A DNA stretch of 64,000 bases from Nemertoderma westbladi. Lineage: Eukaryota; Animalia; Xenacoelomorpha. Positions 21,501-34,700 of the stretch are shown here, one piece after another; positions within the stretch are counted from its first letter, which is position 1; every line of letters begins with the position of its first letter. The translations under genes were made by a program, and so were the position numbers. The stretch is from assembly GCA_032718475.1 (NCBI GenBank), contig JAUCBJ010007578.1, positions 1 to 64,000 of the forward strand, given 5' to 3'. The notes under the pieces are model-generated. The model saw only the letters and a program-made list of their open reading frames with translations. It did no database searches and was not told the origin of the DNA.

Positions 21501-21930
21501 CTAGTGAAATAGTTTGTAATAATGTAGGTCAGTATTAACCTTAATCACAACTACCTTATAGACTAGACCTTATAGACCGAGACTAGATTTGGAGATGACA
21601 GCATCCCTAATTCTAGATTCACCTCAAATTTATGTCAACTTGAGATTGGTACTAGTGAAATAGTTTGTAATAATGTAGGTCAGTATTAACCTTAATCACA
21701 ACTACCTTATAGACTAGACCTTATAGACCGAGACTAGATTTGGAGATGACAGCATCCCTAATTCTAGATTCACCTCAAATTTCTGTCAACTTGAGATTGG
21801 TACTAGTGAAATAGTTTGTAATAATGTAGGTCAGTATTAACCTTAACCACAACTACCTTATAGACTAGACCTTATAGACCGAGACTAGATTTGGGGATGA
21901 CAGCATCCCTAATTCTAGATTCACCTCAAA
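15590..21930. repeat. 150-bp satellite array (about 40 monomers) with longer foldback variants and a terminal 151-bp variant block
   Basis: TAGATTCACC recurs at 15841, 15991, 16141... (period 150); each monomer has GGGGATGAC(A/T)GCATCCC. Confidence 0.96.
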
Positions 21931-22789
21931 TAGCACAGGTTCCAGTGTATATTTACTATATTTTTTTGTACTACCAAAACGTACCCATTACATAATTGTT
22001 AAAACGTATGCAGTATTCCTTATTTGTGTGCTCTCTAGACCAGTGAATTAATTTGTTGTATGTATTAATTATGCTATGTAGCCCTATATTTCGTATATTT
22101 GGTGAATGAATATAATAATAATAATATTTATAATATTTGTGATTTTTCAAAAATCCTGTCTACATTGGGTTACATCTGACAGTCGCTGGTATGTTTCTCA
22201 CTACAGATGATGTCTTTTAGCATCAGGCCAATGTAATTTATTCTAGACGTTCAATACAACATGTCAGTATGAATGCCAGCACCCAGGGAAGTTGAACCAC
22301 GCTCCCACCCGTACCTGAGTCCAGGATGAACTTGCCAAGATGTTATATTAATCTTGCAAACAACTTGCTACCATGACTTACTTAGTTTAGTACAAGTACT
22401 GACAAGTTTAAACTGTAATAAGCGTATATAAGTTAGGTGAAAATCCATATATAAGTTCTGTGAAAAAACTGTATCTTTTTAATCTCTAATCTATTCATTT
22501 GGTCTAATCCTTTTAGATTTACATAAAAGTTAATAGCTACATACTATTAGAGTGATAGGAACATGTGATCATAGTTCAGGAGACTTTCTTGCTCAACAAT
22601 AATTTGAAACTTACTTCAGGTTTTGTCATAAACAAACAGTTATAAGTTATACTGTAAAGTTAAACCGTATATAAGTTAGGAGGTAAAACCGTATATAAGT
22701 TAGGAGGTAAAACCGTATATAAGTTAGGGGATACTTTCTATCAGATTTGCATTGAGTTGATAGGTACCTACGATCAGAGCAATAGGTAC

Positions 22790-25700
22790 GTAAATAGGTA
22801 GGTAGGTTGGGTAGGGAGTAGGGGGCAGGGAACAGGAGTAGAAGTAGGATAAAGGGGGAACAGCATTCAGAGAGCAAGGATAAGGGAGCAGTGAGCGTGG
22901 ATCAGCGGGTAGGGAGCAGTATTCAGGGAATAGGGAGCAAGTGCAGGGAGCATGGAACAGGGAGTAGGGTAAAGGGGGCTCAGATTGCAGTGAGCATGGA
23001 TCAGAGGCATGGGGCAGGGGGGGTGCATGGAGCTGGTAGTAGGGATTAGTGTGAAGGGGCAGGGAGCAGGAATTAGGGGTAGGAAGTAGGGAGGGAGCAG
23101 GGAGTAGAGAGCAGGTAGTATGGAGCAAGGAGCAGGGAGCAGTAAATGGGGCAGGGATCAGGGGGTACGGAGTATGGAAAAAGGTGCAGGGAGAGGGGAG
23201 TAGGGAACAGGGGGCAGGGAGAAAAAGCAGGGAGCAGGAGGTAGGGAGCAGGGATCATGAAGCAGGGAGTATGGAGCAGTGGGTAGGGACGAGTAGGAAA
23301 CAGGGAGTGGGTAAAGGGGGCTCAGATTGCAGAGAGCATGGATCAGGGGTAGGGGGCATGGAGCAGGGAGTAGGGAGCAGTGAGAAGGGGCATGGAGCAT
23401 GGAGCATGGAGCAGGAATTAGGGGTAGGGAGGGAGCAGGTAGTATGGAGCAGCGAGCAATAAAAGGGGCAGGGATCAAGGGGTAGGGAGTTTGGAAAAGG
23501 GTGCAGGGGTCGTGGAGTATGGAACAGTGAGCAGGAAGCAAAAGCATGGAGAAGGAGGTAGGGAGCATGGATGATGGAGCAAGGGGCAGGGAGTGTGGAG
23601 CAGTGGGTAAGGAGTAGGGGACATGAGTAGGGAACAGGGGGCACAGATTACATAGAGTGGGGGCCATGGATCAGGAGGTATGGAGCAGGAGCAGGGAGTA
23701 GGGAGAATGGGCAGCGAGCAGGTTGCAGAGAGCTGGGAGTAGGGAGCAGTTAGCAGGGGGCATGGAGCAGGGATCAGAGAGCAGGGGGCATAAATTAGGG
23801 GTAGGGAGTAGGGAGGGAGCATATGGCAGGGAGAAGGGAGCAGAGGGTAGGGAGCAGGGATCAAGGAGCTGGGAGCAATGAGCCGGGTCCAGGGAGCATG
23901 AAAAAGGACAGGAATCAGGGGTATGGAGTAGGAAGCAGGGAGTGGGGAGTAAGGGGCAGTGAGCAGGGGGCATAGATCAGGGAGAAAATTCAGAGAGCAG
24001 GAGCAGGCCGTAGGGGTCAGGAAGCGGGGATCAGGGAATATAGAGCAGTGGGCATGGAGCAGAAAGCATGGATCATGGGGCATGGAGTAGGGAGCGAGGA
24101 GGTGGGAGCAGGGAGCAGGAATCTGAGAGCAGAGGACAGGGGCAGGGATCAGGGTGTTGGGTGCAGGGAGCAGGCGGTATGGAGTAGGGAGCAGATAACA
24201 GGGGGTAGGGAGCAGGGATCTGGGATCTGAGAGAAAGGAGCCGGGAACAGGGAGCGCTGGAACAGTAGCTGGAATAAGGGGGTAGGGAGCCGGGTACAGG
24301 GAGCTATGGGAGTAGGGGACAGTGAACAGGGGGCAGGGATCTAGGAGCATGGAGCAGGGTGCAGGGATTTTGGGGCAAGGAGCTTGGCTTGGAGCAGGGG
24401 GGATGTATTAGGGGTATGGAGTACAGAGGGAGCAGATGGCAGGGAGAAGGGAACATGGAGTAGGGAACAGAGAGCAGGGAGTATGGGGGCAGGGGGCAGG
24501 GATAAGGTACCAAGGAGCTGGGAGCAATGAGCCTGATCCAGGGAGCAGGAAATGGGAGATGGATCCGGGGGTAGGGAGTGGGGAGTAAGGAGCAGGGGGC
24601 ATGGAGAAAGGAGCAGAGCGTAGGGATCAGGAAGCAAGGAGCAGGTGGCAGGAAGCAGGGAATATGGAGCAGTGGGCATGTAGCAGGGAGCTTGGATCAG
24701 GGAGCAGTGGGCATGGCGTAGGGAGCGAGGGAGTAGGAGAAGGGAGCAGGAATTTGAGAGCAGGGAGCAGAAACAGGGGAAGGAATCAGGGGGTAGGGAG
24801 CCGGGTGCAGGGAGCAGTTGGTAGGGAGCAGAGAGCACGGATCAGGTGAAGTGAGCCTGGAGCAGGGATCTGAGAGAAAGGAGCTGGGAGCAGGAACAGG
24901 AGCTGGAATAAGGGGGTAGGGAGCAGGGAGCCGGGTGCAGGGAGCAGCGGTTATGAACAGGGAGCAGGAAGCTGGGATCTGGGCGCAAGGAGGCGGGAGC
25001 AGGAAGCAGCGGTTACGCAGTAGGGGGCAGGAATCGGGAGGCAGGGGCACAGCTTGCAGGGTACAGGGATCTTGGATCAGGGTGTTGGGATCATGAGGAG
25101 GGAGTGGGGTGCAGGTAGCAGGGAGTAAGGAGCAGTAAGCATGAGTAGGGCGAAGGTAAATGGGGCACAGCTTGCAGAGAGCAGTGAGCAGGGGGTAGGG
25201 AGTGGGGAGAAAGGAGCAGGGGAATAGGGGCCACGGAACAGGAGTGGGAGTAGGGTAAAGGGGGCACAGCTGGCAGAGAGCAGAGTGCAGGGGATAGGGA
25301 GCAGGGAGAAGGGGCCGGGGGCATGGAACAGGGAGCATGGAAAGTGAGCATGAAAAGGGGTAGGGATCAGGGGTTGGGAGCAGGGAGTAGGCGGCATTGA
25401 GCAGATGGTAGGGATCAGGGCAAGCGTAGAGAAGGGATCAGGGAATTGGGAGTAGGGGGCATGGAGCAGGGAGCACAGAGCAGGGATCATGGAGCAGGGG
25501 GCATATATAGGGAGCAGGGAGTAGGGAGCGATTATCTGGGAGCAGGGAGCAGGAATTTGAAAGCATGGATAAGAGGATATGGATCAGAATAGAAGGATAG
25601 AAAGTAGGGAGCATGGGCAGGGAGCAAGGATCAGGGGGCATGGAGAGGGAGCACGAGTAGGAGTAGGGTAAATGGGGCTCAGATTGCAGATAGCAGGGGG

Positions 25701-28700
25701 CATGGATCAGGGTTATGGAGCAGGGAGTAGATAGCAGGAGCAGTGAGCTGGGAGCAGGGAGCCGGGGACAGGGTGCGGGGAGCACGGATAAGAGATCATG
25801 GTGCAGGAAGCAGGGAGCCGGTGTCAGGGAGCATGGAGCTTGGTGCAGGGAGCAGGGAGCAGGTGGTAGGGAGCAGGGGCCAGGGAGCATGGAGCAGTTA
25901 TCAGGAATCAGGGATCGGGGAGCAGAGAGCAGGGGGTCAGGGAGTAGGGAGCAGTGAGAAAGGGGCAGGAGTATGGAGGAGGGATCATGGGGTAGGGAGC
26001 TGGGAGCAGGGGGTAGGAATCAGGGGGTATGAGGCAGGGAGTAGGAGCATGGAGCAGGTAGACTGGAGCAGGGATCAGGGAGCATGGAGCAGGGTATAAG
26101 GAGTAGTGAGCAGGAAGTGGAGAGCAAGGAGCATGGTCAGGGTCAGGGTGCAGGGAGATGTGATTATAGAGCAGTGAGCAGGGGGCAGGGAGCATGGAGC
26201 AGGGGAGTAAGGGCCAGGGAACAGGAGTGGGAGTAGGGTAAAGGGGGCACAGCTTGCAGAGAGCAGTGAGCAGAGTGCAGGGGATAGGGAGCAGGGAGAA
26301 GGGGCAGGTGGTATGGAACAGGGAGCAGTGAAAGAGAGCAGGAAAAGGGATAGGGATCAGGGGTTGGGAGCAGGGAGTAGGCGGCATTGAGCAGAGGGTA
26401 GGGATCAGGGAGAGTGTGGAGCAGGGAGGAGGGGGCAGGGAATTGGGAGCAGGGAGCATGGAGCAGGAATTTGAAAGCATGGATAAGGGGGTATGGATCA
26501 GAATAGAAGGATAGAAAGTAGGGAGCATGGGCAGGGAGCAAGGATCAGGGGGCATGGAGAGGGAGCACGAGTAGGAGTAGGGTAAATGGGGCTCAGATTG
26601 CAGAGAGCAGGGGCATGGATCAGGGTTATGGAGCAGGGTGCATGGTTCAAGGAGCAGGGAGTAGATAGCAGGAGCAGTGAGCTGGGAGCAGGGAGCCAGG
26701 GACAGGGTGCGGGGAGCACAGATAAGAGATCATGGTGCAGGAAGCAGGGAGCCGGTGTCAGGGAGCATGGAGCTTGGTGCAGGGAGCAGGGAGCAGGTGG
26801 TAGGGAGCAGGGGCCAGAGAGCATGGAGCAGTTATCAGGAATCAGGGATCGGGGAGCAGAGAGCAGGGGGTCAGGGAGTAGGGAGCAGTGAGAAGGGGGC
26901 AGGAGTAGGGAGGAGGGATCATGGGGTAGGGAGCTGGGAGCAGGGGGTAGGAATCAGGGGGTATGAGGCAGGGAGTAGGAGCATGGAGCAGGGATCAGGG
27001 AGCAGTGAGCAGGGAGCATGGAACGTGAGCAGGGATCATGGAGCAGGGAGTAGGAGGCGGAAAGCATAAGGCTGCGGTTAGGGGCAGGGAGCCGGCAGAA
27101 GGGAACAGGGCACCGGAAGCAGTGAGCAGAAATCAGGGATCATGGTACAGGGAACAGAGGGTAAGGAGTAGGGAGCAGGTGGCAGGGAGTCGGAAGCAGG
27201 GAGCAGGGGGCAGGGAGCATGGAGCAGGGAGCTGGGGGCAGAGAGAAGTATGCAGGGATCAGGGATTGGGAAGCAGGGATCAGGATGCAGGGAGTAGGGA
27301 ACATGGAGTAGGGAACAGAGAGCAGGGAGGATGGGGGCAGGGGGCAGGGATAAGGTACCAAGGAGCTGGGAGCAATGAGCCTCATCCAGTGAGCAGGAAA
27401 TGGGAGATGGATCCGGGGGTAGGGAGTGGGGAGTAAGGAGCAGGGGGCATGGAGAAGGGAGCAGAGCGTAGGGATCAGGAAGCAAGGAGCAGGTGGCAGG
27501 AAGCAGGGAATATGGAGCAGTGGGCATGGAGCAGGGAGCTTGGATCAGGGAGCAGTGGGCATGGCGTAGGGAGCGAGGGGGTAGGAGAAGGGAGCAGGAA
27601 TTTGAGAGCAGGGTGCAGAAACAGGGGCAGGAATCAGGGGGTAGGGAGCCGGGTGCAGGGAGCAGTTGGTAGGGAGCAGAGAGCAGGGGTCAGGTGAAGT
27701 GAGCCTGGAGCAGGGATCTGAGAGAAAGGAGCTGGGAGCAGGAAGAGGAGCTGGAATAATGGGGTAGGGAGCAGGGAGCCGGGTGCAGGGAGCAGCTGTT
27801 ATGAACAGGGAGCAGGAAGCTGGGATCTGGGCGCAAGGAGGCGGGAGCAGGAAGCAGCGGTTACGCAGTAGGGGGCAGGAATCGTGAGGCAGGGGCACAG
27901 CTTGCAGGGTACAGGGATCTTGGATCAGGGTGTTGGGATCATGAGGAGGGAGTGGGGTGCAGGTAGCAGGGAGTAAGGAGCAGTAAGCAGGATTAGGGCG
28001 AAGGTAAATGGGGCACAGCTTGCAGAGAGCAGTGAGCAGGGGGTAGGGAGTGGGGAGAAAGGAGCAGGGGAATAGGGGCCACGGAACAGGAGTGGGAGTA
28101 GGGTAAAGGGGGCACAGCTGGCAGAGAGCAGAGTGCAGGGGATAGGGAGCAGGGAGAAGGGGCCGGGGGCATGGAACAGGGAGCATGGAAAGTGAGCATG
28201 AAAAGGGGTAGGGATCAGGGGTTGGGAGCAGGGAGTAGGCGGCATTGAGCAGATGGTAGGGATCAGGGCAAGCGTGGAGAAGGGATCAGGGAATTGGGAG
28301 TAGGGGGCATGGAGCAGGGAGCACAGAGCAGGGATCATGGAGCAGGGGGCATATATAGGGAGCAGGGAGTAGGGAGCGATTATCTGGGAGCAGGGAGCAG
28401 GAATTTGAAAGCATGGATAAGAGGATATGGATCAGGGTGCAGGGGATAGAAAGTTGGGAGCAGGGGCAGGGAGCAAGGAGCAGGGGGAAGGGAGGGGGAG
28501 CACGAGTAGGAGTAGGGTAAACGGGGCTCAGATTGCAGAGAGCAGGGGGCTTGGATCAGAGTTACGGAACAGGGAGCAGGGAGCATGGGATAGGGAGCAG
28601 GGGCAGTGAGCAAGGGACAGGGTGTGGGGAGCAAGGATCAGACATCATTGTCGAGAAAGCAGGGAGCCGGCGACAGGGAGCAGGGAAAAAGGTGCAGGGA

Positions 28701-31700
28701 GCAGGTGGTAGGGAGCATGGAGCAGGAAGCAGGGCTTGGGGAGCCGAGAGCAGGGGGTCAGGGTGTAGGGATCAGTGAGAAGGGGGCAGGAGTAGGAAGC
28801 ATGGAGCAAGGAGCAGGGATCATGGGGCATGGGGTAGGGATCTGTGAGCAGGGAGTAGTAATCAGGGGGCATGGAGCAGGGATATGGGACCAACGAGCTG
28901 GGAGCAGAGAGCAGGAAGCAGGGTGCATGGAGCAAGGGATAGGGAATAGTGAGCAGGGGGCATAGATCAGGGAGTAGGAAGCAGGGAGTACGGAGCAGGG
29001 AGCATGGACCATGGATCGGGGAGCAGGAATTTGAGAGCAGGGAGCAGAAACAGGGGCAGGAATCAGGGGGTAGGGAGCCGGGTGCAGGGAGCAGTTGGTA
29101 GGGAGCAGAGAGCATGGATCAGGTGAAGTGAGCCTGGAGCAGGGATCTGAGAGAAAGGAGCTGGGAGCAGGAACAGGAGCTGGAATAAGTGGGTAGGGAG
29201 CAGGGAGCCGGGTGCAGGGAGCAGCGGTTATGAACAGGGAGCAGGAAGCTGGGATCTGGGCGCAAGGAGGCGGGAGCAGGGAGCAGCGGTTACGCAGTAG
29301 GGGGCAGGAATCGGGAGGCAGGGGCACAGCTTGCAGGGAACAGGGATCTTGGATCAGGGTGTTGGGATTATGAGGAGTGAGTGGGGTGCAGGTAGCAGGG
29401 AGTAAGGAGCAGTAAGCAGGAGTAGGGCGAAGGTAAATGGGGCACAGCTTGCAGAGAGCAGTGAGCAGGGGGTAGGGAGTGGGGAGAAGGGAGCAGGGGA
29501 ATAGGGGTCAGGGAACAGGAGTGGGAGTAGGGTAAAGGGGGCACAGCTGGCAGAGAGCAGAGTGCAGGGGATAGGGAGCACCGAGAAGGCGCCGGGGGCA
29601 TGGAACAGGGAGCATGGAAAGTGAGCAGGAAAAGGGGTAGGGATCAGGGGTTGGGAGCAGGGAGTAGGCGGCATTGAGCAGATGGTAGGGATCAGGGCAA
29701 GCGTGGAGAAGGGATCAGGGAATTGGGAGTAGGGGGCATGGAGCAGGGAGCACAGAGCAGGGATCATGGAGCAGGGGGCATATATAGGGAGCAGGGAGTA
29801 GGGAGCGATTATCTGGGAGCAGGGAGCAGGAATTTGAAAGCATGGATAAGAGGATATGGATCAGGGTGCAGGGGATAGAAAGTTGGGAGCAGATATGGAT
29901 CAGGGTGCAGGGGATAGAAAGTTGGGAGCAGGGACAGGGAGCAAGGAGCATGGGGCAGGGAGGGTGAGCACGAGCAGGAGTAGGGTAAACGGGGCTCAGA
30001 TTGCAGAGAGCAGGGACAGGGAGCAAGGAGCAGGGGGCAGGGAGGGGGAGCACGAGTAGGAGTAGGGTAAACGGGGCTCAGATTGCAGAGAGCAGGGGGC
30101 ATGGATCAGAGTTACGGAACAGGGAGCAGGGAGCATGGGATAGGAGGCAGGGGCAGTGAGCAGGGGGCAGGGTGCATGGAGCAGGGATCAGAGATCATTG
30201 TCGAGAAAGCAGGGAGCCGTCGACAGGGAGCAGGGAGAAAGGTGCAGGGAGCAGGTGGTAGGTAGCAGGGGCTAGGGAGCATGGAGCAGGAAGCAGGGCT
30301 CGGGGAGCCGAGATCAGGGGATCAGGGAGTAGGGATCAGTGAGAAGGGGGCAGGAGTAGGAAGCATGGAGCAAGGAGCAGGGATTATGGGGCATGGGGTA
30401 GGGATCTGTGAGCAGGGAGTAGTAATCAGGGGGCATGGAGCAGGGATATGGGACCAACGAGCTGGGAGCAGAGAGCAGGAAGAAGGGTGCATGGAGCAAG
30501 GGATAGGGAATAGTGAGCAGGGGGCATAGATCAGGGAGTAGGAAGCAGGGAGTACGGAGCAGGGAGCATGGACCATGGATCGGGGAGCAGGGAGCCGGTG
30601 CGGCGGCGGGGGGCAGGGATCAGAGAGCATGGTGCAAGGAGCAATGGGCAGGGTGCTTGGGGAATTGAGCAGGGAGCAGGTGGCAGGGATTAGGAAGCAG
30701 GGAGCAGGGGCCAGGCATGCATGGAGCAGGGGCCAGGCATGCATGGAACAGGGATCGGTGAGCAGGGGTCAGGGAGTAGGGAGAAATGAGAAGGGGGCAG
30801 GAGTAGAGAGCATGGAGCAGTGAGCAGGGATCATGGAGCATGGGGCAGGGAGCAAGGAGCTGGGTGCAGGGAGCAGGGGACAGGGAGCAGGGAGCCCGGC
30901 AGCAGGGAGAAGGGACTAGGGATTAGAGAGCATGATGCAGGATGCAGGGAGCAGGGAGCCTTCGGCAGGGAGAAGGAAGCATAGTGCAGGGAGCATGGGC
31001 AGGGAGCAGGGAGCAGGTGGCAGGAAGTAGAAAGCAGGGAGCAGGGGCCAGGGAGCATGGAGCATGGGTCAGAGCCATACAGCAGGGAGCAGGCGGCAGG
31101 GCTTAGGAAGCAGGGATCAGGGATCGTGGATCAGGGAGTAGGGAGCAGTGAGAAGGGGGCACGAGTAGGGAGCATGGAGCCGTGATCAGGAATCATGGTC
31201 CATGTGGTAGGAAGCTAGAGGCAGGGAGTAGGATTCAGGGGCCATGAAGCACAGAGCAGGAGCATGGATCAGGTAGACTGGATCAGTGATCAGGGATCAG
31301 CATGGAACGGGGAGCAGGGTGCAGAAGTAGAGTAAAGGATGCACAGCTTACAGAGAGTAGGAAACAGGGAGGATGGATCAGGGTGTAGGGATCATGAGGA
31401 GGGAGTGGGGTGCAGGGAGCAGGGTGCAGGTCGCAGGGAGTTAGGAGCAGTAAGCAGAAGTAGGGCTAGGGTAAAGGGGGCACAGCTTGTAGGGAGCAGG
31501 GAGCAGAGGCCAGCGGTAGGGAGCATGGCTCAAGGACCTGGGGGCAGGGAGCAGGGAGCATGTAGTAGGGATCATGGAGCCGAGGCAGGGAGTAGTACGC
31601 AGGGATCGGGGAGCAGGGAGAAATTAGAAGGAGGCAGGAGTAAGAAGCATGGTGCAAGGACTAGGGGGTAGACGGCTGGGGGCAGGGAGTACGAATCAGG

Positions 31701-34700
31701 GGGCATGAGGCAGGGAGTAGGAGCATGGAGCAAGTAGTCTGGGGCAGGAAGCATGGAGCAGGGGGCAGTGAGCAGGGATCTGTAAGCAAGGAGCCGGGAG
31801 CAGTGAGCAGGGTATAAGGAGTAGTGAGCAGGAAGTGGAGATCAAGGAGCATGGTCAGGGTCAGGGTGCAGGGAGATGTGAGTATAGAGCAGTGAGCAGG
31901 GGGCGGGGAGCAAGGAGCATGGGAGTAGGGGCCAGGGAACAGGAGTGGGAGTAGGGTAATGGGAGCACAGCTTGCAGAGAGCAGTGAGCAGAGTGCAGGG
32001 GATAGGGAGCAGGGAGAAGGGGCAGGTGGTATGGAACAGGGAGCAGTGAAAGAGAGCAGGAAAAGGGATAGGGATCAGGGGTTGGGAGCAGGGAGTAGGC
32101 GGCATTGAGCAGAGGGTAGGGATCAGGGAGAGTGTGGAGCAGGGAGGAGGGGGCAGGGAATTGGGAGCAGGGAGCATGGAGCAGGAATTTGAAAGCATGG
32201 ATAAGGGGGTATGGATCAGAATAAAAGGATAGAAAGTAGGGAGCATGGGCAGGGAGCAAGGATCAGGGGGCATGGAGAAGGAGCACGAGTAGGAGTAGGG
32301 TAAATGGGGCTCAGGTTGCAGATAGCAGGGGGCATGAATCAGGGTTATGGAGCAGGGAGTAGATAGCAGGAGCAGTGAGCTGGGAGCAGGGAGCCGGGGA
32401 CAGGGTGCGGGGAGCACGGATAAGAGATCATGGTGCAGGAAGCAGGGAGCCGGTGTCAGGGAGCATGGAGCTTGGTGCAGGGAGCAGGGAGCAGGTGGTA
32501 GGGAGCATGGGCCAGGGAGCATGGAGCAGTTATTAGGAATCAGGGATCGGGGAGCAGAGAGCAGGGGGTCAGGGAGTAGGGAGCAGTGAGAAAGGGGCAG
32601 GAGTATGGAGGAGGGATCATGGGGTAGGGAGCTGGGAGCAGGGGGTAGGAATCAGGGGGTATGAGGCAGGAAGTAGGAGCATGGAGCAGGTAGACTGGAG
32701 CAGGGATCAGGGAGCATGGAGCAGTGAGCAGGGAGCATGGAACGTGAGGGAGTAGGGAGTAGGAGGCGGAAAGCATAAGGCTGCGGTTAGGGGCAGGGAG
32801 CAGGGAGCCGGTAGAAGGGAACAGGGCACCGGAAGCAGTGAGCAGAAATCAGGGATTATGGTACAAGGAACAGAGGGTAAAGAGTAGGGAGCAGGTGGCA
32901 GGGAGTCGGAAGCAGGGAGCAGGGGGCAGGGAGCATGGAGCAGGGAGCTGGGGGCAGAGAGAAGTATGCAGGGATCAGGGATTGGGAAGCAGGGATCAGG
33001 ATGCAGGGAGTAGGGAACATGGAGTAGGGAACAGAGAGCAGGGATGACGGGGGCAGGGGGCAGGGATAAGGTACCAAGGAGCTGGGAGCAATGAGCCTGA
33101 TCCAGGGAGCAGGAAATGGGAGATGGATCCGGGGGTAGGGAGTGGGGAGTAAGGAGCAGGGGGCATGGAGAAGGGAGCAGAGCGTCGGGATCAGGAAACA
33201 AGGAGCAGGTGGCAGGAAGCAGGGAATATGGAGCAGTGGGCATGGAGCATGGAGCTTGGATCAGGGAGCAGTGGGCATGGCGTAGGGAGCGAGGGGGTAG
33301 GAGAAGGGTGCAGGAATTTGAGAGCAGAGTGCAGAAACAGGGGCAGGAATCAGGGGGTAGGGAGCCGGGTGCAGGGAGCAGTTGGTAGGGAGCAGAGAGC
33401 AGGGGTCAGGTGAAGTGAGCCTGGAGCAGGGATCTGAGAGAAAGGAGCTGGGATCAGGAAGAGGAGCTGGAATAAGGGGGTAGGGAGCAGGGAGCCGGGT
33501 GCAGGGAGCAGCGGTTATGAACAGAGAGCAGGAAGCTGGGATCTGGGTGCAAGGAGGCGGGAGAAGGGAGCAGCGGTTACGCAGTAGGGGGCAGGAATCG
33601 GGAGGCAGGGGCACAGCTTGCAGAGAGCAGGGAACAGGGATCATGGATCAGGGTGTTGGGATCATGAGGAAGGAGTGGGGTGCAGGTAGCAGGGAGTAAA
33701 AAGCAGTAAGCAGGAGTAGGGCAAAGGTAAATGGGATCAGTGTGAAGGGGCATGGAGCAGGGAGCAGGAATTAGGGGTAGGAAGTAGGGAGGGCGCAGGG
33801 AGTAGAGAGCAGGGAGTCGGGAGCTGGGGGCAAAGAGTAGGATGCAGGGATCAGGGATTGCGAAGCAGGGAGCAGGATGCAGGGAGTAGGGAAAAGAGAG
33901 CAGGGGGCAGGGGGCATGGAGCTGGGAGGATGGAGCCGTAAGAAGGGTGGGGCAGAGAGCAAGGAGCAGGAATTAGGGGTAGGGAGGGAGCAGGAAGCAG
34001 GTAGTCGGTTGCAGGTAGTATGGAGAAAGGAGCTGGGAACAAGGAGCAGGAGCATGGAGCAGTAAAAGGGACATGGATCAGGGGGTATGGATTATTGAAC
34101 AGGGTGCAGGGAGAGGGGAGAAGGGAATAGTGAGCAGGGGCCATGGAGCAGGTGGCAGGGAGCAGTGAGCAGGGACCATGGTGCAGGGTGCAAGTATCAT
34201 GGAGCAGGAGTAGGGTGCAGGAGGCAGGGCGATTGGAGTAGGGAGTAGGGAGCAGGAATCGGGAAGCAGGGAACCGGGATCATGGGGCAGGAAATAGGGA
34301 GCAGGAGTAGGGGCAGAGGGCAGGAATAATGGCTTGCCGGGAGATTTGAGTAGGGAGCAGGAATCAGGGAGCCGGGCAGGGTTGGGACCAACGAGCAGGG
34401 AGCAGGAAGCATGGTGCATGTAGCAGGGGATATGGAATAGTGAGCAAGGCAAGGGGCATAGATCAGGGAGTAGGAAGCAGGGAGTACAGAGCAGGGAGCA
34501 TGGACCATGGATCAGGAAGCAGGGAGCCGGCGCGGCGGCAGGTAGCAGTGATCAGAGAGCACGGTGCAAGGAGCAGTGGGCAGGGTGCTTGGGGAATTGA
34601 GCAGGTGGCAGGGAGTAGGGAGCAGGGAGCAGAGGCCAGGCATGCGTGGAGCAGGGGCCAGGCATGCAAGGAGCAGGGATCGTTGATCAGGGGGCAGGGA

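Noticed and set aside
15590-21930. CRISPR-like appearance of regularly spaced palindromes (also 54375-64000)
   Set aside because: The intervening sequence is also repeated (no unique spacers), the context is eukaryotic, and there are no cas genes.
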